Assembly: GCA_964016885.1 (NCBI GenBank) | Contig: OZ024740.1 | Coordinates: forward strand, 220,162,001-220,226,000 | Direction of reading: 5' to 3' | DNA: 64,000 nt | DNA from: Eledone cirrhosa | Taxonomy: Eukaryota | Part shown: positions 27,256-41,945 of the stretch, one piece after another | Position numbering within the stretch: position 1 is the first letter of the stretch | Layout of the letters: each line of letters begins with the position of its first letter | Program-made: the position numbers and the translations under genes | Notes under the pieces: generated by a model | What the model was told of the DNA's origin: nothing | Seen by the model: only the letters and a program-made list of their open reading frames with translations | Databases searched by the model: none

Positions 27256-27696
27256 CAGTGCAGGATTTACGTGTAAGCTAATCAAGCTATAGTTTAGCCC
27301 CCCCCCCCCCTTTCTTGGCGCCCCGAAAAAATTGAAAAAAACGGTGTGTACATTTCCAAAATATAAGATAAAAAAGAACTAAAATAATTGTTTCTACTTT
27401 AGGCACAAGGCCAGCAATTACCCAGTGCATTACTGGTACTTTATTTTATCGACCCCGTAAGGATGAAAGGCAAAGTCAACCTCGGCGGGATTTGAACTCA
27501 GATCGTAAAGGGACGTAACTATGCTGGAAAGCATGGCGGCCGACCCTCTACCGATACTGCCAATCCACGCAATAGTTTTAAACAGTTTTCTGCTTTAATA
27601 TTGAATGTCTTGCAGTTTTTATAACATTTTTTATAACATATAAAGGGCCCCATTATCTCAAATAGCTTAGGGCCTCATCAAATCTAAATCCGGTGA
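27256..27696. mobile_element. Degenerate MITE containing a nested young SINE (27388-27568, minus)
   Basis: GCAGGATTTA ... TAAATCCGG ends; nested SINE is near-identical to 43557-43741. Confidence 0.6.
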
Positions 27697-30224
27697 TTAC
27701 CAATTCAATATATGGAACAGTTTTTATGGTGTGCCACTTTCATAACATGGGTGAATCATGATACCCAGTCATAACAGATGCCTGAAAATGTGAACTTACT
27801 TATGTAATGGTGGTGAATTGGCTAGTTAAAACATTGGATAGAATGCTTTGTGGTATTCATTTTGGCTCTCTACTCTCTGAGTTCAAATTCTTCCAAAGTC
27901 AACTTTGCCTTTCATCCATTCAAGGTTGATAAAAAAAATACCAGTGAAATACTGGGATCAATTCTTCCTCTATATCTCTTTCTCTTTTCCATTCTCTAAA
28001 AAATCTACTGTACCTCAAGAGAGATGAGCTTCAGTAGGTTTTTAAAATGCCCTAGAAATGCTGTGGTACTCCTACAACTCTCTCAGGAGTTATGGGGCCA
28101 TACATATTTACTTACTGATGTAGACTTATATAATTATCGTAAATACAACACAAAATTTATAAATTATAAATATACAAAATTACTTTCATAATGGCTATTT
28201 GAAATATTTCCAATATAGATTGACATTACAAATGGGATGAAACTTATTTGTGCAACAGCTGGCTTATTACTAAATGTTTTTTTACACTTATAAAAACAGA
28301 GGGGTACATTTAATCCATTGTTCCATTTGACACCACCATGTGGCCCTTAGGTACCTTTAGTGGAGTCTATTCTCTACTGCAAGCAGGTCTGCAGTTTAAG
28401 GAGGCCTTCCTCCCTCCCACTAGCCTCAGAGGCTATGAAAAGGGTCATAGGCACAGTCCATCCATCCCTGACTAAATAAATTTTAAAAAAACATATCATT
28501 GCTGAAAATATTCTCATAAGAATCTCAGCATATCATTTCTAGAAAGAAAAAAGGAAGCTGAGTTAATTAAAAATTAGTTTTAAAGTAAAATGTACTTATG
28601 TGACATAGAAGTTTCTTCAGAAGAAAGTCCAGTGAGTTCTCAAAACAGAACTCTCAGAATAATGTTGAATATAATTTTTATCCTATAAACAACAGCATTA
28701 TTTTTATACCAGCATAAAATATAATTAAGTTGATATTGTACTTTGAAAGGGTCATGCTGCCAATAAAAACACATGCAATGGTTGTTTTTCACTTCAGTTT
28801 TATTATTAATGAAGTAGATAATTATCATCATCATCATCATCATCATCACCGTTTAATGTCCATTTTTTCATGTTAGCATGGGTTAGACAGATTGTCCCAT
28901 TGTGAGACAAGTCAGATCAGAGGACCGTGTCTAGCTCACACAGAACTGATTCTGGCTTGGTTGCTATGGCTGGATGCCCTTCCTTATGCCAACCACATTT
29001 ACAGATTGTACTGGGTGTTTTTTGTCATATCACATAACCCGACCACTTTACAGTGAGGACTGAGCACTTTTTGTTGCGGCACCAAAATGACAACTTTATG
29101 GTGTGGACTGGGGGCTGGGATGGGGGAGATGCATGGGGATTGGAAAAGTGAATCTAGGATGGAGCACTTATCTGGTGAAGTAGGGTCGTGGATGAAGGGG
29201 TAGGGTGTTAGGACGTGGGAAATGTATGGAAGGAGGGAATTAAATAATTATTTGATTATCTAATTGAAAAATACCAAGTGAAAAATTAGCGCATATGTTT
29301 TTTTTTAACAGCATGACTCACTCAAAATACAATAGCTGTTTCACATGATTGCACATCAAGAAACTTGCAAAACAAATAGACTAATGAAACACCACATATA
29401 CTCATTGCACTCTTTTTTTCATGGAAATGTGATGTGAAAAACCAGCATACACAACTTAACTACTGGACCTACAAAACCTCATTTCAAAATGTCATGTCAT
29501 GACAAAAAGCACAAAGTCCAACCTGAATGCTGGTCCAGTGCCACACTGTAAGGTGTTGTTCTGGTGACATGACAAAAATTGCCCACTCCACACTGTAAGG
29601 TGGTCGTGCTGGTGACATGACAACAAGTACCCAGTTCCCCATGTAAGGTGGTTGTTTCAGTGCCACGATAAAAAGCACCCAGTCCACACTGTAAAGGGGT
29701 TGATATTAGGAAGGGCATATGGCCATAGAAACCAAGCCAAAATACAGATCCGTATGAGCAAGATGTGGTCACCGGACCTGAATTGTCTTATAACATGACA
29801 ACCCATCTAACCCATGCAAGCGTGGAAAATGGACATTAAACAATGATGATGATGATGATGGAATATTGTAAATGTTGTATATAAAATGGAAGTGTGACTT
29901 ATACACACATATATGATGGATCCTTTCATGATGAGCATTCAGTTGTTTGGACAACTGATGAATTAAAGTTTAAGTGGTTGAGTATTCCACAGACATGACA
30001 CTATATGTAACAAGGCTGGATCTTTGAATTACTGGTACAATCCATCCAATGGACTTCTGTTGTTTCTGTTTACCCTCACTCACATGGCTTAGGTCAAATA
30101 GAACTATGATAAAGAAACTTGACCAAGAAACCATGCCTTGAAAACAAACACATGGCATAACATAAACCATGCCTCTGTTTACATACACATGTATATACAA
30201 AATGGCTGACTGAACACACATGCT

Positions 30225-30425
30225 TTTCGACAAAACTTTTTTTTTCTGTTTCTTCTTCTCATTCTCCTGTTTCTTTCTATGTTTTCTTTTATTTCTCATT
30301 TTATCTTCTGATGAAGGACTAACATCTGAAATGTTAAGACACTTTTCCTTCTATATCAAACGTGAAACTATCTTCATATCTTCATTGTACTGTATTTTTT
30401 GCTTTTTTGCTTTCTATTTACTTTT
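30225..30425 (+). mobile_element. Penelope-like short element with minimal hammerhead motif
   Basis: TCTT-CTGATGA(30308)-AGGACTAACATCT-GAAA-TGTT-AAGA; stem I TCTT/AAGA. Confidence 0.6.
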
Positions 30426-30831
30426 CACACACACATATACACATATATATGCATATATCATCATCATCATCATCACCATTTTACGTCCATTCTTTCATGC
30501 TAGCATGGGTTAGATGGGTTGTCCTGTTGTGGGCAGTGCCCGGTCGGCTGACCTTGTCTTGCTCATATGGGAACTGATTTTGGCTTGATTTCTAACACCA
30601 ACCTCATTTACAGGGAGTGCTGGGTGCTTTTTTTCTGTGGCGCCTAGATGACCACTTTACAGTGTGGGCTGGGTGCTTTTTTGCCGTGGCATCTCCACGA
30701 CCACTTTGCAGTGGGAGGGGGGTGGGGGCATATTATCTATATGCATCAGCTTCAGCTTGTACCCATGAGAAGTCGGGTCTTCTGTATTACTGCATGACGC
30801 CAGAGGTCATGGTCCTGTTTCAGGTCACAGT

Positions 30832-30876
<45 letters not shown>

Positions 30877-32704
30877 TCATCATCATTATCACCGTTTAAC
30901 GTCCATTTTTCTATGCTGGCATGGGTTAGATGAAAATATATATATATATATACAGTAAGTCCATATACTGTGCTAGTATAGACATGTGATACATATGTGT
31001 GTTGATTGTTAAGTAAAGTAGTGCAGGAGTTCCAAATAGAAGTTAGCAGAGAAAACCTAGGTAGAAGTGGTAAAAGCTGATCTCAGAATGCTGAACCTTA
31101 CAAAGGAGAGATCTAAGGGAAAAGACAAATAAAGGAAAACCTGTACTGGAGAAGATCCATCCAACCCATGCAAGCTTGGAAAAGAAAAGGTAGAAATGGT
31201 GATGATGATGATAATGACTACATGGTCAAAACTTTTGAGTTCTTCTGTCTTTCAAGAATCTTGCTTTGCTGTTTGCTTTTATTTGGATGATCTTATTTGG
31301 AACTTTATCTCTATGCATGCCATATTGAAAGCACTCAATCTTTGTTTTTTTCATTAGAATAGAATATATCTGCCAGGTTTATAAATAGACACTGGTATCG
31401 CTAACATATTCTTACAGAGTGACTCTTCTTCAAGTTGATGAACAGTGTTGGGCTTTTTAGTATATCTTACTACTTTTCAACAGTAGAACCAACTTCAACA
31501 TTCAATAATAGACTTCCTTCTCGCTGTTGCTAGCCTTGCTGTTCACTTGCACAATTAACCTGTTGTTGCTAATTATATTTCCATATACTTCTCTGGTTAT
31601 TATTATCTTACATGTAACAATGTTGTATAAGAAACAAGACCTGGATGCTTTGCTGCTGTAACTCTTAACATCCTGTAATAATTTCATAAAAATATCTTTT
31701 TAAAAATGCGTTTGTTAATTCAAATGTTTTATAGTATCTTAAATTAGGGAACAAAATGTTATGAAAATTTGCAAAAGACTTTCATTTTTAATGTGATACA
31801 ATCATAGTGTGTTTTGTGACCATATTTGCAAAATAATCAAGAATTTGGAGGAATTTAATAAAATATTCAATGTTTTCATTATCAAATTGATACTAAGAAC
31901 ATAAATCATACATACATTCTTAGCTAAAATAATGTTGGAAGGTTTTAATTTAGATATGAACACTTTAAAACCAAGCTTTGTACTGTAGAACTAGGGGCAG
32001 TCTCAAATGGGTTGGTATCAAAAGGTTTAAGTATTTTGTGTAAAGACAAATGCCAGATATATACTTTGAAGGTGTATACTTAAGCTGTTTGTTGTTGTTA
32101 CAACTCACACTTATAGGTTTAACCAGCCTCCTATTATGTTGCATTGTATAGAAGGTTTCTTAGGTGTTTTGATGATAGAAATCCTAGTCATTTCATGTCA
32201 CCATTTTCCCAATGACTAGATATAGGATTTGAACTCAGAATAGAGCTGGAACAGCTACTGCGAAGCATACCTCCAATTCCACAACCCAGGACAGTTACTT
32301 TACAAGGGTGAGATGTAAACCTTATAGGCTGACTATGAAGGAGTGATGCTAGTGCTGTAAAATATTGCATGAATTAATTTAACCCTTCTTATTAATAACT
32401 GCATTGTTTCTCGCCAGGCATTAAGTTGAAAAATAAACCTCATTTGGTCATTCCATGAGAGTATCTTGGTCAGCCTATGAACTTTTCAACCAACCCTCAT
32501 ATCTATTGATCCTAAAAGTATGAAAGGCAAAGTTGACCGCAGCAGAGAAACAGAACAAATACTATGAATCGTTTAATCTAACAATCTACTGACCCTGTCT
32601 GTTCACAGTGGAATAACACTTTAATACTTTCATAGCCATATCTATTACAAAATATACTGTATTTCACTTAATTAATGAAGAGTGTAGAGGGCTTTATTAA
32701 AATT

Positions 32705-33100
32705 ATGGGCGGTTTTTTGCTAGCATAAGTAGTGTGCATATTGATATACGCAAATCTATATGCATATAGACATGATACGTAAATTGAAAAGAAAATTGAC
32801 AATGTGCATATACATTGAACAAAGACTGTGCTACACTTTCTTCTGTAATCAGTAAAGTAATCCATGATACATTTAAAATAGACAATAATGATAAAAACGC
32901 TAACGGAAGTTGACATTTGAAAGTGAATCTTGAAATAAGCAATACATTATATATAAGATTATTTATGTTTAATCAAAAGCTAAGACATTTAGTAGATAAA
33001 TTACAAAATATTCATTCATGATTTATTCAAAGTAATCCAACTTATTCTAATAACAAATAATAAACTGGACATAGTCTCACAGTTCTCCAATCATTATATA
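32705..33100 (-). mobile_element. Degenerate copy of the Helitron-like element at 48187-48656
   Basis: Colinear similarity (CTAGCAT..GTAGTGTG.ATATTGATA, TAATCAGTAA.GTAATC.ATGATACATTT, ATTTATTCAAAGTA.TCCAACT). Confidence 0.6.
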
Positions 33101-35930
33101 TAAAATTATTTCATTCTTAATATGGTATTTGTAACATAACAAAAAAAGTCTCATATCAAATTATATTGGCACGTTTTCATTTAAATAGGAACCCTTTAAA
33201 ATGTTGCTGTTTTTTTTTTTAATAGAATCAGAGACATTTTGAGGTGAGTTAGTATCAAAAGGGCTAATCATTTACTCATCTCTATTTTAATATTAAATGC
33301 CTCATTTGATAAATAATTGTTTCTACTTTTAGCACAAGGCCAGCAATTACCCAGTACATTACTGGTACTTTATTTTATCGACCCCGTAAGGATGAAAGGC
33401 AAAGTTAACCTCGACGGGATTTGAACTCAGACCGTAAAGGGATGTAACTATGTTGGAAAACATGGCGTCCGACCCTTTCCTCAATTTATGTTTCTCTCCA
33501 TCACTATCCATCATCAACCAATTTTTACTTTCTATTTCAATTATATAATCATAAAACATGTGTTCTGTACAACAGATGTATTACACTCTTATTTCATCTG
33601 GTAGATCCAATAACATCTTTATAAACTGCCACATTTATTTTGATGCCATCTTTACAAATCTTTGTACTTTATTTAGCACTATGATTTCTCAGGCACATAC
33701 TAATTCTAACACACGCACACAACAGACACAGGCATGGACACACACATTGATGCACACACACACATACATACATAGGCACACGGGCACATACAGACACAGA
33801 GACACATATTGGTGCACACACACACACGGATGGACACACACACAAGAACACACACATTGATGCACACACACATATATACAAACACAGACGCACACACACA
33901 GACATACATACAAGATACACACATGATTGTGTCATTCAGAGGCTTGCTTCACAACCAAATGGTTTCAGTGGACATGTTTTCTGATCAATGCTTTGGGGGG
34001 AATTTAATAAACAAGAGATTTTATTGACTCTGAATGGATAAAAGATAAAGTTGACCTCAGAGAAATTAAACTTAGTGTTTATTTGATGCACTAACAATAC
34101 CATCAATTCATCATCATCATCATCATCACCATTTTACGTCCAATTTTTCATGCTAGCATTTGTACTAATTTTAATAGAACTTAACTGAAACTTTAAAAGA
34201 ATTAAAGTGTAAGTCTGTCCAAAGACCAGAGTCTCACCAGGCTGGAGCTTGTCCTAATTTTATTGGCATTTAAATGTCTGAGAGCACGTGACTCCACCAG
34301 GACAGGATTCCAGTCCAACACAGGGTTATCCTCCCACACACACTCACTCAAGAACACAAAGCAACACCAAATCTAGGAACCGAACCCATGACATTACAGC
34401 CATAGGTCGAACACTCTAACCACCAGGTTGTGGGCATTCATTAGCTAAAAAATAGCCAAAAGTATAATAACATTTTCTTCTCATTTATGAAAAAGTGGTT
34501 TTTGATTTAGGCATGCAGCCAACAATCTTGGAGGAGGGGAAAGTCTATTAAATCGACCACAGTACATTACTGGTACTTTATTTTATCAAACCTGTAAGGA
34601 TGAAAAACAAAGTTAACCTCAGCAGGATTTGAACTCATTTGTGAAAAAGTATCAACAAATTCAGTTATGTAAAACAAATTTTTGTTATATAAATATATAC
34701 AAACCCCTAATGTAGTTTTGTGAATTTTCAAGGATACCGCCTTTACTATATAACATTTCACATATGTTTCTGCTATAACAGGTCCAGTGGATTTAACCCA
34801 ATTACTATTTCTGTTTAATTGATCATTTCTTTTAATTCTCTTAACTTACCCTAGCTTACCGAAATGTTCACTTGGCATATCTCCATCCAAACTATCATTA
34901 ACCACAAGTTCAAAATACCTTTCTGGCTATTTCATTTCCTTTATTCTCATCATATTTATTCTTTTTATTTACTCTTTTATACTTTTTTTTTTTTTTACTG
35001 GTTTTCAGTCATTGGACTGTGGCCATGCTGGAGCACTGCTTTTAAGTATTTAGTCAATGATATTGATTCTAGTTCCTTTTTTTTAAAACCCTTTTGCATT
35101 TACATTACTCTATGTTTACTATTATATTTTCACAGTAAAGGCTTTACCTCACATAATTATCTCACATAATTTTGATGTTATTTATTTTGAGAACAATACC
35201 TTAACATCAGTATGAGCGGCCAGTTACGACTGGTTTGAACAGAAAGAGGTGAGAGAACTCTGGCCAAATATGCCGGTTTAAATGCTAAAAGGTTAAAAAA
35301 AAAAGGAACTAGAATCAATATGATTTGTTGAACCATTAAGTTATGGGAAATAAACAAACAGCACCAGAATTTAGGTGGTGTAGGCACACACATAGACATG
35401 GCTGGATGGGCATACACAGAAATAACAGGTTACTGCACAGTTTCTGTCAATCAAATTTCACTCACAAGGCATTGGTTGATTCATAGTTACAGTAGAAGAT
35501 GCCTATACAAAGTGTCACACAGTGGATTGAACATAACACTATATGGTTATGAAGTAAACTTCTGAACTATACAGCAATGCTTGCAGAATCAATGTTCTTA
35601 TTCTTTTATGTATATACAATAATTCTCTCGAGTTAGTTATATCCAATTTAACTATGCAGTTTATAAATTCAGATTATACACAAGCAGACCAGACTAAAGA
35701 AAGTGGGGCTGTGTGGGCTGAGTGAGCCAGTTAATATGGACGTATGGTTTTTGAGGGGGGAAAGGAATATGATTTTGAGGGAAGGCCTACTGCTCTCATG
35801 TTCAAGTTCTTTTAATCTGTAGTGTCATTTTTTAAGTATATACTGTACACTATATCATCATCATCATCAACATCATCATCATTTAATATCTGTTCTCCCT
35901 GTTAGCAAAGGTTGGGTGGATTGTCACAGA

Positions 35931-36170
35931 TTAACCCTTTAGTTATCAACCTGGTCAAAACCAGCTCTGATTTTATGAAATAAAACCACCCATTTTAAAG
36001 ATTTCCAATTTAAATTAAAATCTTCCAATATAATTTTACATTAAGTTACAATCTTAACAATGGATAATTTAATCTTAACAATTGATAATTTTAGTAAATC
36101 CCTCAAAATTCTTCTTAAATTAATTTAAATATAGTGTATTTCATTAGAAATGTGGTCATGAAAGGGTTAA
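35931..36170. mobile_element. piggyBac-type MITE family B
   Basis: TTAA|CCCTTT ... GAAAGGG|TTAA; relatives at 16160-16393, 17868-18060, 44801-45067 and 56072-56478. Confidence 0.7.
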
Positions 36171-36499
36171 GTCAGTGCTTAATCAGAACTACTGACCTCT
36201 CAGGCAGGCCACCTTTCACTTACATATGTTCCCACCTTTTCACTTACATATGTTCCCACCTTTTCACTTACATATGTTCCCACATTCTACAGAGTTCACC
36301 ATGGAGGTTGCCATGTCTCAGACACAGCTGAAGAGTCCTCATGACCATGATTATATATGTAACCCATTTGTAAATCATATATATTTAGTATTGATTGCTA
36401 AAATACTTAATGAGCAGTTTGAAATGTGATTTTCAGATGATTTTTGAAAATAAGCAAGAATTTAAAAGAATTTAGTAATATAAGTAAATGTTTCATTAC

Positions 36500-36713
36500 T
36501 ACCATATATACTTGAGTGTAAGCTAAACCAAATATATGCCAACCCTACCTATTTTATGTCTAAGAAATGGGCAAATATCTAAACCCTATTTACAAGCCAA
36601 GGCAGCTAATCAACAGATTATGTTTAGATGGCAAATATAAGCTGACCCCCACCCCTGTTTTACCATAAATCTTTTGGTCACATATTCCTTGGCTTATATT
36701 TGAGTACATATGG
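36500..36713. mobile_element. pogo/mariner-like MITE
   Basis: TA|CCATATATACTTGAGTGTAAGC ... GCTTATATTTGAGTACATATGG|TA. Confidence 0.8.
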
Positions 36714-37809
36714 TAAATAGTTATTTGGAACATAACTTACGAAATGTTCTTACATAAAATTATGATGAAAGATTTTCGATAAATATAAACACTTTAAAAT
36801 AAGCAGATTTGTATTTTAGAATCAAGAGTAGTTTCAGGCTGTTTAGTATCAAAAGAGTTCATCTCTAACTACAACGATTAACACATAGTTGCATATCAAG
36901 AATCTTGCTAAACATTACAATAGAAAGAAATATATTTACACTTCTGACATATGCAACTACAACACAAACAGTTGGTAGAGAAATAGAATCCCTTTAACAT
37001 TAGAACAGACTGTAACAAAACTAATCTCTATTACTTCAGATTTATTGACTGTGCTTGGTTGATCAAATATTTGATTTTAAGCATATTCCAACACAACACA
37101 CACACATACAAATAAATAAATAAAGTCACTTCAAACATTGAAAATATATTTATATTAAATTTCAAAAGAAAGAAAGAAAGAAGGAAGGAAGGTAAGAAAG
37201 AAAGAAAGAAAGAAAGAAAGGGTGGCATGAAACAGATACTCACAAATAAATGAATATATTTCTATTTTCTTCGAATGACATGTTAACAATAGAAGTATAT
37301 ATTCTCCAATGAAATCTTTTCAATTTTTCAAATGAATTTGAAAATAAAAATATTTTCATTATACAAATAAGAGTAAGTGCCTATAAAAGAAAACACTATC
37401 TACTTCATTTTTAACAATTTCAGCTTTAGATACTGTATGTTCTTTCTTTCTAGAAGAATCCATTATGTGGAAGAAATCCAGAAACCTTATATAAATGTAT
37501 GAAGAGAAAATATTTTTTAAAAAGTGTTTTCCTTATTTAAAAAAAAAATAGTTTTTTTTGCGTGTGTTCAGCTCTGGCCTGGTTTTCAAGCCATATGAAA
37601 ATATGTTTTACAACACACATTCCTTAAGTAACCAACAAAAATGAAAAATGTATAAAGTTTATTTATAAGAAAAAATTATAAATTATAATTATGTTCTATC
37701 ACTGAATGCTGTTTGATAATTAGATTCCTTTGGTTTTCTGTAAAATTCAAAACAGTTTATATTTTTTTGAATTTGAAAACTATACATAATGTTTGTATAT
37801 ATGTGTGTG

Positions 37810-38091
37810 TGTGTGTGCATGTGTGCGTGTACATGTCTATGTTTATGTGTGCGTGTACATGTCTATGTTTATGTGTGCGTGTACATGTCTATGTTTATGT
37901 GTGCGTGTACATGTCTATGTTTATGTGTGTGAGTGAATGTGTGCGCGTACATGTCTATGTTTATGTGTGTGTGTGTGTGTGTGAATGTGTGCGTGTATAT
38001 TTTTATGTGTGTGAGTGAATGTGTGCACGTACATGTCTATTTTATGTGTGTGAGAATGTGTGCGTGTCCATGTCTATGTTTGTGTGTGTGT

Positions 38092-38145
<54 letters not shown>

Positions 38146-38220
38146 TCGTTTGAATGTATGTGTCCACATCTATGTTTGTGTGTGTGTGAGAATGTGTGTC
38201 CACGTCTGTGATTGTGTGTG
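37810..38220. repeat. ~26-bp minisatellite grading into (TG)n
   Basis: Unit GCGTGTACATGTCTATGTTTATGTGT repeated. Confidence 0.85.
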
Positions 38221-38518
38221 TGTGTGAGTCTGTTAATGTTTACCTTTGTGTCTATGTCTGTCTATATATGTGAGGGTGTGTGTATTCATGTTTACGTCTG
38301 TGTAAGTGTATATGTGTGAATGTATGTATGTTAATGTTTATGTTTGTATGTGTCTGTGTAGAAGTGTGTGTCCATGTTTATGCTTACATTTGTGTCTGTG
38401 TACACCGTGCCGAATTTAGGACGAATGAGGCCCCATACTTGGGCCCTGGGGTTAGGCCTGGTAGGCCTACACAGGCAGATGCCCCCTTCCCCCTTCCTGG
38501 CCAACGGGGCCCTGTGCT

Positions 38519-38913
38519 TAACCCTTTAACATTTACATTACTCTATATATACTATTGTATTTTTGTGGTAAAGGCTTTATCTCACATAATTATCTCACAT
38601 AATATCAAATCTATGAGATTTTGATATTATTTATTTTGGACGCCATGCTCTGCAGCAAATAGTTACGGCTCTTTATGGTCTGAGTTCAAATCCCGCCAAG
38701 GTTAACTTTGCCTTTCATCCTTACAGGGTCGATAAAATAAAGTACCAGTAATGTACTGGGTAATTGCTGGCCTTGTGCCAAAAGTAGAAACAATTATTTA
38801 TTTTGAGAACAATACCTTAACATCAGTATGAGTGGCCAGTTACAGTCGGTTTGAATAGAAAGAAGTGAGAGAATTCTGGCTGGATATGGCCGGTTTAAAT
38901 GCCAAAGGATTAA
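38519..38913. mobile_element. piggyBac-type MITE A with nested Nin/Deu SINE (38638-38795)
   Basis: TTAA-bounded MITE interrupted by a SINE with TSD ATTATTTATTTTG. Confidence 0.85.
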
Positions 38914-39156
38914 GCAGACCTAAGCACAATGGTAAATCTGACACTGTGTGTACATACGTGTGTGTCCATGGTTATGTTTATGTTTGCGTCTGTATCTATG
39001 TATATGTTCAACAAAAAAGGGACTGACAAAACAAGTACCAGATTTGAAAAAGTAAGCACCAGGTTTGATGTAATCAACTTAATCAAGGTGGTGCTCCAGT
39101 ATGGCCACAGTCTAATGACTGAAACTAGTAAAAAAATAAAAGAATAGTTCCTTCAA

Positions 39157-39519
39157 TCTATCTATATACTACTAAAACTCTGTGATTGCTTGCTTGCTTG
39201 TCTGTAATGTAATACAGCCAAAAGGGTGCATAATGGGAAAATACTTTGAAAGGAAGTTGACCCTGAAATTGGGATACAAATGGAATAAAACAAGTTTTGC
39301 ATAAATCGGAGCACGGGAGTCCAGAGATATGGGGTTTTCTGGGTACAGAGAGAGAGAGAGAGAGAGAAGGATAGGGAGAAAGTGATAGTGGTTGTGAGAG
39401 AGTAGATTGAAAGAGAGACATAGAGAGAGGGTGAGGAGACAGAGAAGGAGAATGGAAGAGAGAGAGAGCTGATGGTGTTGTTGTGTATATATAAATGTGA
39501 GTGTGTGTGTATATATATA

Positions 39520-39565
<46 letters not shown>

Positions 39566-39822
39566 GGTATATGTGTGTATGTGTCTATGGCCAGTGTATA
39601 TAGATCACAGACACCCACATATATATACACACACACATATATATATGTATACACACACACACATTTATATATATACATACACACACGTATATATATAGGC
39701 CTTCCAGTTTCATTTCACATTATATACATGTCTGTGTATATTTTAATTATTTAAATATGTGAACATGATTTTTTTTTTATATTTTGAAGTGAACGTGACC
39801 GACTGGGTCACAGGTGGTCTAG
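39157..39822 (+). mobile_element. Non-autonomous Helitron
   Basis: A|TCTATCTATATACT 5' end; 3' hairpin GTGACC-GACTG-GGTCAC followed by CTAG|T; internal microsatellites. Confidence 0.8.
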
Positions 39823-40639
39823 TATATATATAAAATTCTTGATCTTAAATCTTTCCAAACTATTACAATAACAAGCATTTTAAGACAATTTTCTCTGGAA
39901 AGCAGGGGTTAGATTAATGGACATCATGATAGTAGATTTCATACCCATTAAGGGGTCCTTTTTTATCTCATCATACCCTTTCTTTTGCCAACCCTTTTAG
40001 ACATTTCTTACACCATACAGGGATACTGTTCTGAACCAGATATATGCTGACTATTAATATATAATAAAACTACTGACATATTAAAATCATTTCTTTCAAA
40101 CTACTATAATAAATTTAGACTCTTTAGTCCTGTTGGGGACATAACAACCTCTCTAGTCTTGATGCCACGAGAAAGTGCACCTAGTACACTCTGTATTGTG
40201 ATTGGTGTTAGATAAGGTATTCAGCCATAGAATTCATGTCCAAAATAGAATGTAGAAGTGAGGTGTGGTCATTCAACTCATTTAGTAGAGCAGTAGCTCC
40301 AATAAAGGAATGACATGATGATGATGATGATGATGATGGTGATGGTGGTGGTGGTGGTGATGATGATGATGATGATGATGATGGTGACGGCAATGACGAC
40401 GACAACGTGTTGGGGTGGGCGTGGTTTAAATAACAGATATCAAACTTAGATGAAACTTACTATATCATAATTTCATTAGTTCTTTATACATATTTAGGCT
40501 GGCTGATATGCATTGAAAGTTAGAAACAAGTGCAAAATGATTTAGAGTATATTTTTCAGTACTCTTCTACATGGAAAAGATATTTTAGCCATTTAACAAC
40601 ACACAAAAACTGTCAATTTTATTTTTTATATATATCATC

Positions 40640-41945
40640 ACCAAACATGGAAGCACGGCCTAGAGTCAAAAGGACTTAAAATTAACCTGGCTAAGACCAA
40701 AGTACTAGTTTGTAGGAAAGAAAACAAGGCGGCGGTCCCTTCTGGGAAATGGTCGTGCTCGGTGTGTAGGAAAGGCGTAGGTAGAAACTCCATTTTATGT
40801 CCTAAATGCAAAGTATGGGTGCATAAAAGATGTAGTGGGATCACAGGTAAGCTAACTAAGAACATAGATTTTACATGTGGCCGGTGCTCTGGTGCAATAA
40901 GTAGCAGCAAGTGCCCACAAAATACTAGCTCTTTCAATTGCGCAGAGGGTTCTATAGAAATAGTGGACAGCTTCCGTTACCTGGGCGATAAAATCAGCAG
41001 TGGGGGAGGGTGCTCTGAAAGTACTGTAGCTAGAGTCAGAACTGGTTGGAAAAAGTTCAGAGAGCTTATACCACTATTAGCTGCTAAAGGGTTCTCACTA
41101 AAAATGAAAGGCAGGTTGTACGATGCCTGCATACGAACAGCAATGCTGCATGGCAGTGAGACCTGGGCATTGTGTGCAGAGGATATACGCAGACTAGAGA
41201 GGAACGAAGCTTGCATGCTCCGCTGGATGTGTAACAGTAATATACGTGAACGGCAAAGCATAAACGAACTAAGGAAAAAATTAGAGATAAGAGGGATCAG
41301 ATGTTGTTTACTCGAGAGAAGGCTACGTTGGTATGGACACGTGATGCGCATGAAAGTCGATAGCTGTATAACAAAGTGCAGGGCAATAAAGATAGACGGT
41401 AGTCACGGAATAGGCAGACCTAGAAAAACCTGGGATGAGCTGATAAACTCCGACATCACACACTTACACCTCTCCAAGACAATGTCACTGGACCGAGACC
41501 TTTGGCGGTACTCAGTAACAGAGAAGACACGCCTTACCTAAATATATAGTAAAACCTACTCCAGCCAGTAGGCATCTCTAACAAAATACACCCCGTCCCA
41601 CCACCACCACCCCCACCCCATCCACACCACCCCGTTCTATGTAAAGTTATGTTGGTGCCGCGCCATCGAGGCCGAAACAAATGAGATCGTGTAGGTGTCA
41701 CGACAAAAAAACACACAGTCCACGCTGTAATGTGGCCGTGTAGGCAACACGGTAAAAACCTCCCAGACCCACACTGTAAATGTGGTTGGTGTTAGGAAGG
41801 GCATCCAACTGTAGAAAACCTGCCAGACAGTCCTATGCGAGCAAGACAATCACTCTTGCCTCAAGTGGGACTACCCCCGTCCAAACCCATGCAAGCGTGG
41901 AACACGGACGTTAAACGTTGATGATGATCATGATGATCATGATCA
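40640..41945 (+). mobile_element. Young 5'-truncated RTE LINE with open ORF (to 41541) including a PHD-like Cys-rich insert
   Basis: 'CSVCRKGVGRNSILCPKCKVWVHKRC...C..C', 'FRYLGD', 'RRLRWYGHVMRM', 'GRPRKTW'; ~400-bp 3' UTR and (GAT)n tail. Confidence 0.95.
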
